Notes: a model not told the origin generated them from the sequence alone. Shown: positions 29,774-40,110, counted from the first letter of the stretch. The stretch: DNA of 61,831 nucleotides from Alphaproteobacteria bacterium UBA3773 (GCA_002372275.1 DFFP01000003.1:83851-145681); one strand, 5' to 3'. Made by a program: numbers and translations.

Positions 29774-31381
29774 ATGCAAAAAAATAACATTCGAAATTTT
29801 GTTTGCAGTTTTCTATTTTCCGTTCTGGCGGTTGCACTCGTTCAAAAAATATTTTGGCGAACCCCAAGTCATGAACAAACGGAACAACCGTCTTTGAAAC
29901 CAGAAAAAATTTCTCTTTTCACCGAAAACAATGATTTTGCCGAAAATCTCGGTGTAGCCGACAATCAGGTTGCTGTTGATGTTTCTGATATTTCAGCCCT
30001 AACGGCTCCGCAAATCAGTGAGGAGCCCGAAGATATTCAAACGGCAGAAACGACCGTTATTTTGCCCGCTAAGAATAACATATCGGTTTCAACAGATATT
30101 CAAAATGCCGCTGAAATTCACTTAAGTTCACCTGTTATAACCGCCTCAAAGCAAGACGAGGAAGTTATTTCTGAACCGATTATTTATGCCGACACCTCAC
30201 TTGAATCACCTCAATCTACCACTTTGGAAGACGAAGATCCTATTCCGCTTTCTCAAATTACACAAAATGAGTACAGTCAAAAAATCACGGTCTCCGGCTC
30301 AACAGGCGCGGCGCAAATTGCGATGATTGAGCCTGAAGTTCTCATCAGCTCGATGGAAGAGCCCGATATTTTAGCCGAAACAAAAGATCTGGCCGATGCC
30401 GATTTGAAAACAAACGAACTCGGCACAATTCTTGACATCACACAAAATGATACGTCGCTTGAAAGTACGGAAGTGGAAGAAACACAAGATCAAGCATCTT
30501 ATCAAATTGACAATCCGTGGGTTGTTGCCAAAGGCAACAAATATGCCAAAAACCAAGCTGTGGTTGAAGAGTTTTCAAAAACAGAGCATCCTCTTTTAAC
30601 AAAAGCAGATGAAAACGCGACCCAATCCGAAAAAGAAGTTCAAAAAGCGCTGAGTGCACCTCTTTTACAAGAAAAAAAGGGTGATACAAAGCTCGCCTAT
30701 CAGATGATACAAAATATTTTAATTCCGATTCCGGAAGACATTTTAAATGACACCGATCAAACGCCAAATCTATCACAAACACCTGAAGGTGCTTCAGAAA
30801 AACAAGTTGAAGAAAGCGTTCTCTCGCAGTCTAAAGCAGAACAAAATACCGATTTAAATGATGATGAAAAACAAAGCGGTTTATTCAAGCGCATCAGTTC
30901 TTGGTTCGGTTCCAACAAACAGACAGGCCCCTTATCCGGCTCTGGTGGAAAGATTGCCAAGCAAATCAGCGATAAAACGAAAGAAAAAGCAGGCGAAATC
31001 AAAGATAAAGTTTTTTCAAGCTTAGGTAACATCAGTGATTATAAAAAAAATGACATTCCATCGATTATGCCGGCCGAGCTTCGTTTGTCTTTTCAGCCCA
31101 ACCGTGCTGAAATTTCAGGCAAGACACTCAAATGGATTTATGCTTTTGCCGACAATGCCCGAGATAACGACAATGTGTATGTCGAAGTTCGAATTGACGG
31201 TACAAGCTCTTACACACTTCAACAAAAGAGGCTTAACCTGCTCAGCAGTATTTTTAGCACACGCGGTGTAGATTATCGCAAAATTAACATAATTTTTACT
31301 TCTCGTGAGCCAAACTCATTTATTATTAGAAACATTCACTTTAACAACAAAGAAATGGAGGAAACAAACAAACAAAGGTAA
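29774..31381 (+). CDS. Membrane-anchored acidic protein with C-terminal OmpA-like domain
   Basis: N-terminal hydrophobic helix, long Glu/Asp/Thr-rich linker, C-terminal LSFQPNRAEIS...QQKRLNLLSSIFSTRGV resembling OmpA/MotB C-domains. Confidence 0.55.
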   Translation: MQKNNIRNFVCSFLFSVLAVALVQKIFWRTPSHEQTEQPSLKPEKISLFTENNDFAENLGVADNQVAVDVSDISALTAPQISEEPEDIQTAETTVILPAKNNISVSTDIQNAAEIHLSSPVITASKQDEEVISEPIIYADTSLESPQSTTLEDEDPIPLSQITQNEYSQKITVSGSTGAAQIAMIEPEVLISSMEEPDILAETKDLADADLKTNELGTILDITQNDTSLESTEVEETQDQASYQIDNPWVVAKGNKYAKNQAVVEEFSKTEHPLLTKADENATQSEKEVQKALSAPLLQEKKGDTKLAYQMIQNILIPIPEDILNDTDQTPNLSQTPEGASEKQVEESVLSQSKAEQNTDLNDDEKQSGLFKRISSWFGSNKQTGPLSGSGGKIAKQISDKTKEKAGEIKDKVFSSLGNISDYKKNDIPSIMPAELRLSFQPNRAEISGKTLKWIYAFADNARDNDNVYVEVRIDGTSSYTLQQKRLNLLSSIFSTRGVDYRKINIIFTSREPNSFIIRNIHFNNKEMEETNKQR

Positions 31382-31480
31382 CAAGCCATGTATGTGTTAA
31401 AAAAACTCAGCAAATTGCTTGATTATTTATTTGAGAGTTTGTATGATGACAAAATGATAAATATTTCAAAGGATTTCAAA

Positions 31481-32158
31481 ATGAACGGAAAAACATTAAT
31501 ATTAGCCTGTACTTTAGCTGTATTCACCCTTTCGGGCTGTGTGTGGCAAAGCAGAGTAAACAACATTGAAAGTGTCCCGCAATCAGAACCGTGTTATGGT
31601 GTTGAATGCGCAACCGATCCTTTTATCAACAGCACACAAACGCGTGCCGATTACAGAAAATATGGTGAACTTTCGCCCAGAGATTCTCTGATTTCACAGG
31701 CCGGTGCCGGAAACAATATTTCTGCTTCCATTCCTTCAACAATTGATAATGAAGTCATTAGTTACGAAGAACAGATCGGAACATCTGGAAATGTTGATGA
31801 AGCAAACAAAGAAGCAAGCAATACTGACCAATCAAATCAAACCGACACAACAGTTTCCGATCAAAACGAAGCCGAAGAAGAAATTGATCCCATTCAAGAT
31901 TGGTATGCTGAAGAAGGACAAAACTTAAAAGCTCTCTTAACAAAATGGAGTGAAGAGTCCGGATGGCGATTGGTTTGGAATACAAACAGAAATTATGTCT
32001 TAAATGCAGGTGCTATGTTCAGAGGCCGCTTTGCCGATGTCAGCTCTGCCCTTATCAGAGCATTCGCCCGTGCCAGACCGGCGCCGATTGCGACATTTTA
32101 TGAAGGAAATCGCGTCTTAGTCATTGAAACGATGGAGGATGAAAATGCGTATGACTAG
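31481..32158 (+). CDS. TcpQ/PilL-type type IVb pilus lipoprotein
   Basis: Lipobox LSGC; C-terminal TcpQ-like WYAEEGQNLKALLTKWSEESGWRLVW...F.G.F...FYEGNRVLVI. Confidence 0.8.
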   Translation: MNGKTLILACTLAVFTLSGCVWQSRVNNIESVPQSEPCYGVECATDPFINSTQTRADYRKYGELSPRDSLISQAGAGNNISASIPSTIDNEVISYEEQIGTSGNVDEANKEASNTDQSNQTDTTVSDQNEAEEEIDPIQDWYAEEGQNLKALLTKWSEESGWRLVWNTNRNYVLNAGAMFRGRFADVSSALIRAFARARPAPIATFYEGNRVLVIETMEDENAYD

Positions 32159-33758
32159 AATTAATTTAACACTTTGCTTAACGGCGATTGGTTTATTGGC
32201 AGCCTGTTCGCTTGCAACCGATATGGATGAAACACTCAAGCGCGAAGTTGAAAATACTGCCGCCTATAAACAACAGGCTCAAGAACCGATGCCTGCTGCC
32301 GATAACGATGTCATCAGAGTAAAAAGCGACATTTGGCTCGGTGATACCAGCGAAGTAGAATACGAAGGCAGTCCTATTCCGGGATATCTTGAAACACCCG
32401 AGGGCATTACGCTCATCTCGAATCGTCCGATTACTCTTTACGAAATCGGCACAATGATTCATAAAATTACATCTATTTCCGTTCGTTATGAACAAGAATT
32501 AGATGGTTCTGTCCAACAGCAGGCCGATGCCAACCAACCGAAATTGGAAGATCTCGGTGCTCAGTGGACCGATTCATCTAAAATGCTTGTTTCATATAAA
32601 GGACCATTGAGCGGTTTATTAGATGAAGTCTGCAACCGGTTCGGTATTTGGTGGAAATACGACAGAAAACAGATTTATTTCTACAAGTATATAACAAAAT
32701 CCTTTACCTTATATACATTACCGACAAAACCGTCTATGTCGGTTGATGTCGGCGGCAACTCCACCGAAGGCAGTGCCGGATCATCATCTGTTTCAATGTC
32801 CAACTCTGTGTCCATTGATTTGTGGCAAAATATTGAATCAGCCATTCGCTCGATGATTTCAAGCGGTGCACAACTCACAACCGATCAATCAAGCGGCGTG
32901 ATTACCTTAACAGGTACACCGACTGATATCAAAAAAGTCGGACAATATATCAACGAACAAAATGTCCGTTTGTCGCGTCAGGTTGCCATCAGTGTTAAAG
33001 TCTTACAAGTTGCTGTTGAAAATTCCGATAAATATGGTTTAGATATCAAAGCATTATTCGGCAAAGATCACAACCATATCCGCAGCATCAATATGCAAGG
33101 ACCTGCCGGTGAAACAAGTATCGCCAGCGGTATCACGATGGGTATCATCTCAAACGGTTGGAGCATCACAAGTGCCATCCAAGCTTTGTCCGAGCAAGGT
33201 ACAACATCTTTGATTACGTCAGGTACGGTGACCACCTTAAACAACAAACCGGCCCCGATTCAAGTCACCAAAACACAAAATTATTTGTCTGAAGTGACAA
33301 AGACGAATTCCGGCTCCGGCGAAGGATATAACTACGATTTGTCAACCGATACGGAAGAAATCGAAACAGGCTTTACAATTGATATTTTACCGCGTATCTT
33401 GGAACATGGTCGTATGCTCTTGATGTTCAATATGACTTTGTCAGATTTGCTTTCGCTTGATAAAGTTTACTTATCAACCGATAAAGACGGAACGGAAAGC
33501 GGCCAATACATTCAAAACCCTGTGATTGAAACACGCGGTTTCACACAAGAAGTGGCCATGAAATCCGGAGATACACTTGTTTTGAGCGGTTATGAACGCG
33601 TTGAAAATTCAAGTGATAAATCAGGAATCGGATCTGCTGAAAACTCACTGCTCGGAGGTGTGACAGCCGCAACCAAAACACGCACGATTTTGGTTATTTT
33701 ATTGACCCCGGTTGTGCTTGATTCACCACTTTCTCCGGAATCGAGAATGAAATACTAA
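32145..33758 (+). CDS. pilN: Type IVb pilus secretin, R64 PilN/BfpB family (lipoprotein)
   Basis: Lipobox LAAC; YKGPLSGLLD, LSRQVAISVKVLQV, ALSEQG, TLNNKPAPIQ, TGFTIDILPRI, GDTLVLSGYE, VILLTPVV. Confidence 0.9.
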   Translation: MRMTRINLTLCLTAIGLLAACSLATDMDETLKREVENTAAYKQQAQEPMPAADNDVIRVKSDIWLGDTSEVEYEGSPIPGYLETPEGITLISNRPITLYEIGTMIHKITSISVRYEQELDGSVQQQADANQPKLEDLGAQWTDSSKMLVSYKGPLSGLLDEVCNRFGIWWKYDRKQIYFYKYITKSFTLYTLPTKPSMSVDVGGNSTEGSAGSSSVSMSNSVSIDLWQNIESAIRSMISSGAQLTTDQSSGVITLTGTPTDIKKVGQYINEQNVRLSRQVAISVKVLQVAVENSDKYGLDIKALFGKDHNHIRSINMQGPAGETSIASGITMGIISNGWSITSAIQALSEQGTTSLITSGTVTTLNNKPAPIQVTKTQNYLSEVTKTNSGSGEGYNYDLSTDTEEIETGFTIDILPRILEHGRMLLMFNMTLSDLLSLDKVYLSTDKDGTESGQYIQNPVIETRGFTQEVAMKSGDTLVLSGYERVENSSDKSGIGSAENSLLGGVTAATKTRTILVILLTPVVLDSPLSPESRMKY

Positions 33759-33774
33759 AAGATGGGATAAAACA

Positions 33775-35058
33775 GTGTCAGAAAACAACGATCAGACATC
33801 AGAAGAATTCAACGAAGCAACCTTAAATGAGAACAGATCATGGGGTTCCGGCTTCCGCTTGAACGGGACACGCTATGCAACATCACTGTTCTGGCAGCCG
33901 TTGCGCAACAGTGATGATCCGTACACTGAAGTTGAAGAAGCCTCTACAAACGTTCTTGAAGGTGCCGACCTCTTTGCCATCAAAAAGGGAAAATCGCCAC
34001 AATTTGGTTTGTGTGTTTCCTCCCAAGGCTATAAAAGCGGAACATATGTTGCTGCTGTTTCTTTGATCAGTGCGCTTCCTTATGTTTCATCATTTTTAGC
34101 CGTCTTTAAGGTTAAAGAGGGCTGGTGGTATGTTTGCGTCAGAAATGATGTCATCTTATCCGATGGCGACATGCTTTTCTTAAATGAAGAAGACGCCAAG
34201 GCACAATTTTCTTCCATGCTTGTTGTTCCGGACTGGGGGTATAAAATTGCCCCTGCCGAGTGGAACATTGCTGACACACGTGAAGAAAATTTAGCCACTC
34301 TTTTAGAAAATGCCTCAAAAGAATCTTTACAAAAGATTCACGCTTTGCGCGGCGGAAAATTACTTGCTGTTATTATTGCAGGCTGTCTTTTAGGAGCATG
34401 GCTCATTTCAACCTTATACTCTTTAATCACGCGTTCAGGTGCCGTCAAACCAATTACAGCCCCGATCGCAATTAAAAAAGTAGAACCGAACGCTCCGCCG
34501 CCGGAACCGAAACCTTGGGAATCGATTGAAGATCCGAGTGAAATTTTTGAATACTGCTTGTCAGGCGTTCAAGATTTAATCAATGTTCCGACCCCGGGTT
34601 GGGTGATCGGAGGTATCACTTGTTCCTCAAAGGCTATTGTCACTTCATGGCACAAGCAGGTCGGTCGTCTGATATGGATAGACAAGGCCTTAAAAAATGC
34701 CGATGTAACCTTTGCCAGTCGAAGTATCTCTCCAAACGGCAATGAGGTTATGGCGTCTCTTGCCATGCCGAAAATTACGGTTAAAAATTCGCCACCGACA
34801 TATATCCTCGGAGATTTAATTAATACTTTAAACGATTTATCTCAAAGTATTCAGATGCCTTTTGGTATATCTCCGCAAACAACAACATCGCCACAACAAA
34901 ATGTTTATAAATCAGTCAAAATTTCGTTTTCATCCAAGCATGATCCGCTTGTGTGGCGTGATATTTTAACGAAATTTTCAGGATTTACGATTAACGTCAT
35001 TAAATATGATGTACATGCTAACACTTGGTATTACGAAGGAGCTATCTATGCGTTATAA
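33775..35058 (+). CDS. pilO: Type IVb pilus accessory protein, PilO2/PAP_PilO family
   Basis: YATSLFWQ, WWYVCVRNDVIL.DGD, central TM, Pro-rich linker with KPW, GW...C; located after pilN as in R64. Confidence 0.75.
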   Translation: MSENNDQTSEEFNEATLNENRSWGSGFRLNGTRYATSLFWQPLRNSDDPYTEVEEASTNVLEGADLFAIKKGKSPQFGLCVSSQGYKSGTYVAAVSLISALPYVSSFLAVFKVKEGWWYVCVRNDVILSDGDMLFLNEEDAKAQFSSMLVVPDWGYKIAPAEWNIADTREENLATLLENASKESLQKIHALRGGKLLAVIIAGCLLGAWLISTLYSLITRSGAVKPITAPIAIKKVEPNAPPPEPKPWESIEDPSEIFEYCLSGVQDLINVPTPGWVIGGITCSSKAIVTSWHKQVGRLIWIDKALKNADVTFASRSISPNGNEVMASLAMPKITVKNSPPTYILGDLINTLNDLSQSIQMPFGISPQTTTSPQQNVYKSVKISFSSKHDPLVWRDILTKFSGFTINVIKYDVHANTWYYEGAIYAL

Positions 35059-36715
35059 AATTTCAAACAAAACAATTTTAACGAGTGCACTTGTTTCACT
35101 TATCAGTTTGAGCACTCAACAAGCTTTGGCTCAAGAGGTCTTTGATACCGAAAGTGATGACGTTTTGGGTGTTCTTCCCAATGCACCTGCAGAAGCCGTC
35201 GAAGATGATATTATTCCTGTTTCCGGCGAGGCTCTCATTGCTCCTCAAAAAGAGGTCACTTCTGAAGTAAAAACGAAAGAAAAAGACAAATCGCAAGACA
35301 AGCAGGATTTTATCTCGAATGATTTGTTTGAAAAGCCTCAAACACAAGAAGCGCCTGCTGATCCAAAAGAGCCAACAGCGCCAATTCAGGCAAATGTCAA
35401 TACCGAAAAAGTAGAAGCTCCCGTCAAAGCAGATTTACTTCCGTCAGATGATGATTTTGAAATCGATTTTGATGATGAAGCTCCTGTTGTAGCTGTTGAA
35501 AACAAGGTAATCGAGCCTCAAAATGAACCCAAAAAACCGATTCATGCGCCAAGGGTCGCTCCTCGTGCTAAAACAGCGCCGAACGCCCCAAAACGTGAAA
35601 TTCCGGCTCGTCCTTCAATGCCGGCAGCTCAAAATCAAGAGATTACACCGGAACTAACCTTCGGTGAAGCCATTCTTGTAAAGACAAACAACGATTTATT
35701 TACTCAAATGTCTGACATTGAAAAGCAAACAACTTTGCTCACACTTGAACTAAAGAAAGAAAAAATCAAGAATGAAATTGAAGCGGCCAAAGCCGTTCGC
35801 GAAAAAGCTCTCTTTGAAAAACAAGCTACTGAAGAAGCCAAAAAACGTGCACAAATTGAGTGGGAAAAAGAGCAAGAAGCAAAAGTGTTTCGGGCACAAG
35901 CTGAACTCAAGCAAAAAGAAATCGAGCTTGAAAAGATCAAGCAACGCAAAGCTTTAACGGCCTATATGAACACAATGTTAGAGCAAAAACAATCTTGGGT
36001 CAACGAAAATGCAAAACTCTATGATGAGATGAAGTCACTTAAAGAGAAAAATGCAACAATGCGCCAAACCTATCAAAAAGGTTTGGGTGAAATCTCTAAT
36101 AAAATGACTGATTTAATGCAAAGCGCCGAAACGGCTCAAAAAGATCACGACAGAGCCATTGTCAGCTTAACAGCCCAAAATACGCAATTAAAAAAGCGTA
36201 TTGAAGCCACCGAAAAAGCGTTTCAATCAGCTGACGGCAATCCCTTTGCAGCCGGCGCTATCGCAAGCGGCGTTGGTCCTAACGGTAAACTTCAAACATC
36301 TGCCGATTCGCTTATTGCTCCCATCAGCGTTGCAACGGAATATGCCATTGTTGAAATTATCGGAAAAGGTGATATCTTAACCGTCAAACTGATGAATAAA
36401 GATGGTGAAACTTTTGTTGCGAAACAAGGTACTGTTTTACAAACGGGTCATATGGTTGAAGAAATTACCCCGAGATTTGTTCGTTTTTCACGCAACGGTT
36501 TAGAAGACTTTTTATACACTTCAGCCAATGCCATGGAAGTTGAACAAACCTCTCTTAGCGGCACGGATAAAGCTGTGGCGAATGCGCAAAAAGCTGTAAA
36601 AGAGCCTGTTATTCCTCTCATTCAAGAGCCAAAAAAACAAGAAGAGGACAACAGCTTAAATATCATCACCGAAAGTTCATTACCATCACTCGGATCAACG
36701 ATGTTTATTAAGTAA
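35048..36715 (+). CDS. Enlarged PilP-like protein (signal peptide, acidic/Pro linker, long coiled coil, C-terminal beta domain)
   Basis: IVEIIGKGDILTVKL...G...VAKQGTVLQTGHMVEEIT resembles the R64 PilP C-domain; lies between pilO and the ATPase. Confidence 0.6.
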   Translation: MRYKISNKTILTSALVSLISLSTQQALAQEVFDTESDDVLGVLPNAPAEAVEDDIIPVSGEALIAPQKEVTSEVKTKEKDKSQDKQDFISNDLFEKPQTQEAPADPKEPTAPIQANVNTEKVEAPVKADLLPSDDDFEIDFDDEAPVVAVENKVIEPQNEPKKPIHAPRVAPRAKTAPNAPKREIPARPSMPAAQNQEITPELTFGEAILVKTNNDLFTQMSDIEKQTTLLTLELKKEKIKNEIEAAKAVREKALFEKQATEEAKKRAQIEWEKEQEAKVFRAQAELKQKEIELEKIKQRKALTAYMNTMLEQKQSWVNENAKLYDEMKSLKEKNATMRQTYQKGLGEISNKMTDLMQSAETAQKDHDRAIVSLTAQNTQLKKRIEATEKAFQSADGNPFAAGAIASGVGPNGKLQTSADSLIAPISVATEYAIVEIIGKGDILTVKLMNKDGETFVAKQGTVLQTGHMVEEITPRFVRFSRNGLEDFLYTSANAMEVEQTSLSGTDKAVANAQKAVKEPVIPLIQEPKKQEEDNSLNIITESSLPSLGSTMFIK

Positions 36716-36733
36716 AGGGATTATAATAATCCG

Positions 36734-38422
36734 ATGGCAAAAGAACAAGAGGATATAAAAAACAAAGAAGATCAAAACGAAACAGAGGCTTCAGAAACAA
36801 AAGAGGCCTCTGGAGGTTCTTATTTAAGAGATGAGTTTGTCGAACAGACTTCCGATCGCAATATCCTTGAAAATATTTTTTCAAACAACAACAAATTATT
36901 AACGGCGCACGGCGGTGATTTAGCCGTGACGGATGAAACGCGTCGTTTACTTGCATTATTTTCTGACGGTTCATATTTTGTCTCAAAAGAGCATCGTTTT
37001 GACGGCCTGGTATATAACTTTGAAAAAACAATTAAACGTCGAAAAATTCCGATCAGCGAACCTGAATACGTCAGCCAAAATGAGATCAATGCCATATATG
37101 CTTTTGCCGAGCGCGGTGCAGGTTTTGCCAAAGTCGAAAATGAAAACAATGATCAAATGCAAGTCCAAGTGGACTTCATTAACATTGTTGCGCGTGCTGC
37201 CGTTCGAAAGGTTTCCGACGTGCACGTTATCGTTGCAGATTCAACACTGATATATTTTCGCGTTAACGGTATGATGTCACGTCAAATGGAGTATTCGAAA
37301 GAATGGGGTGAATCTTTTGTTCGTGCTGCCTTTGCTTCGTCTGATATTTCCGATGCCAACTACGCTCAAAATGAATTCCAAGGCGCACAAAAACTCGGTG
37401 AAACACCGCTTCGCGGATCTGAAGGACGCTTAATGTTGCCGCACAACGTGTTGGCCATTCGTTTACAATTCAACCCGATTGCTTTTGGTTCTCAATACCT
37501 TGTCATGCGTCTTTTGTACGCCGATGATGATCCGAACGGCAGTTCCGACTTAAGAGCCTTAGGTTTCGGAGAACGTGAAGAAAATCTTTTTTATAGACTG
37601 CGTGCCGTTCCTGTCGGACTTAACGTGATTGCCGGTCCGACCGGTTCCGGAAAGTCAACAACTTTGCAACGCAATATGATTAAATTATTGCAAGAAAAGA
37701 ACTACGAAATCAACCTGATTACGGTGGAAGATCCTCCGGAGTATCCGATTCCCGGTGCACGTCAAATGCCGGTGACGAATGCAAACGATGAAGAATCAAA
37801 AGAAGCTGAATTTACGAAAGCCTTAAACGCCGCCCTTCGTTCCGACCCGGATGTCATGATGGTCGGTGAGGTACGTTCAAAATCAGCTGCCGAATTAACA
37901 TTTAAGGGTGCTTTATCCGGTCACGGCGTATGGACAACTTTGCACGCCAACTCCGCCCCTGCTATTGTCACGCGTTTGCGTGATATGGGCATGCAACCTT
38001 ATTTGCTTGGCGATCCGGAACTTGTCAAAGGCTTAATTTCCCAACGTCTGTTTCGAAAACTCTGCCCACATTGCCGAAAATCCGTTAAAGAACGTATGAG
38101 CGATCCTTCATTTCAACGCCTTAAAACAGCTTTGGGAGATTATGGCATCGAAAACACTTTTGTGCGTGGCGACGGGTGTAAATTCTGCAACAACAGCGGA
38201 TTTAAGGGACGTATGAGTGTTCCTGAAATTATATTGCCCGATGCTATGTTTTTACAACTCATGCAAAGCGGCGACACCAAACGTGCGATTGACTATTGGA
38301 TCAGTGAACTGAATGGCCGAACCTTACGTGATGCTGCTATTGAGCGCATGCTCAAAGGATATATTGATTTGGATGAACTTGAGCGTTGGTGTGGACTTCT
38401 TGACCAACGACCTATATATTAA
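36734..38422 (+). CDS. pilQ: Type IVb pilus assembly ATPase PilQ (GspE/PilB family)
   Basis: SDVH, GPTGSGKST, TVEDPPEY, LRSDPDVMMVGEVR, GHGVWTTLHAN, CPHC...CKFC. Confidence 0.92.
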   Translation: MAKEQEDIKNKEDQNETEASETKEASGGSYLRDEFVEQTSDRNILENIFSNNNKLLTAHGGDLAVTDETRRLLALFSDGSYFVSKEHRFDGLVYNFEKTIKRRKIPISEPEYVSQNEINAIYAFAERGAGFAKVENENNDQMQVQVDFINIVARAAVRKVSDVHVIVADSTLIYFRVNGMMSRQMEYSKEWGESFVRAAFASSDISDANYAQNEFQGAQKLGETPLRGSEGRLMLPHNVLAIRLQFNPIAFGSQYLVMRLLYADDDPNGSSDLRALGFGEREENLFYRLRAVPVGLNVIAGPTGSGKSTTLQRNMIKLLQEKNYEINLITVEDPPEYPIPGARQMPVTNANDEESKEAEFTKALNAALRSDPDVMMVGEVRSKSAAELTFKGALSGHGVWTTLHANSAPAIVTRLRDMGMQPYLLGDPELVKGLISQRLFRKLCPHCRKSVKERMSDPSFQRLKTALGDYGIENTFVRGDGCKFCNNSGFKGRMSVPEIILPDAMFLQLMQSGDTKRAIDYWISELNGRTLRDAAIERMLKGYIDLDELERWCGLLDQRPIY

Positions 38423-38434
38423 GGATAGAAAAAA

Positions 38435-39553
38435 ATGGCAGAAGAAAAGACCAGATCTTATTTAAGAAAAGCTGCACGTTCCGCAAGTGCAATTGAAACT
38501 TATTATGCAAAAATGATTTGCAATTTCTCAAATTCCACCAGATTAAAAATATATCGTAAACTGGCATCATTATTGCGAAACCGTTTCTCACTCATGGATG
38601 CGCTTGATATGCTTCACGACGGTCTTACAAACGGCGGTAAAAACAACGGCGAACCGATGGCGATTGCCATGGCAAGTTGGGGAAGAGCTCTTCAAAACGG
38701 TGTTCCATTTTCAGATGCCCTCAAAGGCTGGGCGCCGGACCGTGAACGTTTAATGCTGTCCGTCGGTGACGTTTCAAACCTTGATGTGGCACTTTTGAAT
38801 TTGATCAGAGTGTCCGAAGGCTCAACAAAGATGATCCGTCCGATCGTCAGCGCCATCGCCTATCCTTCATTTTTATTTATGATGTCTGTTGTTATTATTT
38901 GGGCAATCGGTGTTTACATGGTTCCGCCGATGTTAGAGGCAGTCCCTGGTATTCGCTGGGTCGGCACCGGTAAAACGCTGGTTGACTTATCAGAATGGGT
39001 TCAGGTGCACTGGCTGGCGGCCTTTATCACTTTCCCGATTATAGCCTTAATTATATATTCAACCATTGGTATTTGGACAGGTAAGATCCGTGCAAAATTC
39101 GACAAAGCCCCACCATGGTCACTTTATAAAATCTTTGTGGGTATTACATGGCTTCTTGCCTTATCTGCCTTAATTAAGGGCGGTGTACCGGTGAGCGTGG
39201 CATTAACATCCTTAAAAAAAGATGCCAGCAATTATTTAAAAGAGCGTATTAATGCAGCGCTTGTTTACATTAAGAACGGTGATAATATCGGTCAAGCCCT
39301 CAGTAAAACGGGTTTTGATTTTCCGGATAAAGAAATCATTGCAGATCTTAAGATTTATGCCGAACTTGATAACTTCGAAGAAGCTTTGGAAAACTTAGCC
39401 AACAACTGGCTTGATGAATCTGTTTACATGATTGAACAAAAAGCCGAAATTATGAACATGGTTGCGATTTTAACCGTTGCCGGTATTATTGCATGGGCCG
39501 TGTTCGGTGTGTTTGACATGCAAGATCAAATCACTTCAGCGATGGGAATGTAA
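38435..39553 (+). CDS. pilR: Type IVb pilus platform protein PilR (GspF/T2SSF family)
   Basis: GVPFSDALKGW, AIAYP, three TMs, LIKGGVPVSVAL, GFDFPDKE. Confidence 0.88.
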   Translation: MAEEKTRSYLRKAARSASAIETYYAKMICNFSNSTRLKIYRKLASLLRNRFSLMDALDMLHDGLTNGGKNNGEPMAIAMASWGRALQNGVPFSDALKGWAPDRERLMLSVGDVSNLDVALLNLIRVSEGSTKMIRPIVSAIAYPSFLFMMSVVIIWAIGVYMVPPMLEAVPGIRWVGTGKTLVDLSEWVQVHWLAAFITFPIIALIIYSTIGIWTGKIRAKFDKAPPWSLYKIFVGITWLLALSALIKGGVPVSVALTSLKKDASNYLKERINAALVYIKNGDNIGQALSKTGFDFPDKEIIADLKIYAELDNFEEALENLANNWLDESVYMIEQKAEIMNMVAILTVAGIIAWAVFGVFDMQDQITSAMGM

Positions 39554-39555
39554 TC

Positions 39556-40110
39556 ATGAAGTTTAAGGTGCCATATATTAAAGCATATATTTCCCAAAAT
39601 TTTCTTTGGGTTATATGTGCTTTCGTGGCCGTTATCTTGTGTTTGACACTCTTTTTTGCTTTAAGCATTAAAGCAGATTTTAACATAACATCCGAGTTAT
39701 TTAACTTAACTCAAAATATCCATCATTATTATCAAAAATCACCGGATTATCGCGGTTTGAACACCTCATATGCTATTGAAAATAAGATCATTCCTGCCCC
39801 CATGATAAGGCAAAACAAAATATACAGCCTGTCTAAAAGTGAAGTCTTGATCGGAAAAGATTTGAGCGGCGAAACATTATTGCCGATGGATCGATTCTTC
39901 AGCATCACATACTTACGGATCAACAAAAAAGAGTGCCTTAAGATATTCGAAACAGATTTTCATGAAGACTCAAGCCTTATCGGCATCACAATTCAAAACG
40001 ATAAAGCCTATGAATTTTCATACGGCGGTGTTCTTGCGCTTCCTTTATCAAAACATAAAGCCGAAGATTATTGCCGCTCACAAAATACGATTATGTTTAC
40101 ATTTGAATAA
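39556..40110 (+). CDS. PilS-like type IVb pilin domain protein with an atypical N-terminus
   Basis: Hydrophobic helix then NIHHYY...DYRGLNT...FSITY...ECLKI...C..N...FTF, a PilS-like body with a D-region Cys pair; no G|xxxxE prepilin motif. Confidence 0.65.
   Translation: MKFKVPYIKAYISQNFLWVICAFVAVILCLTLFFALSIKADFNITSELFNLTQNIHHYYQKSPDYRGLNTSYAIENKIIPAPMIRQNKIYSLSKSEVLIGKDLSGETLLPMDRFFSITYLRINKKECLKIFETDFHEDSSLIGITIQNDKAYEFSYGGVLALPLSKHKAEDYCRSQNTIMFTFE

Noticed and set aside
1755-40110. ICE or prophage integrated at tRNA-Thr
   Set aside because: There is no integrase, relaxase, phage gene or distal tRNA 3'-end repeat, and the locus lies on the tRNA 5' side.
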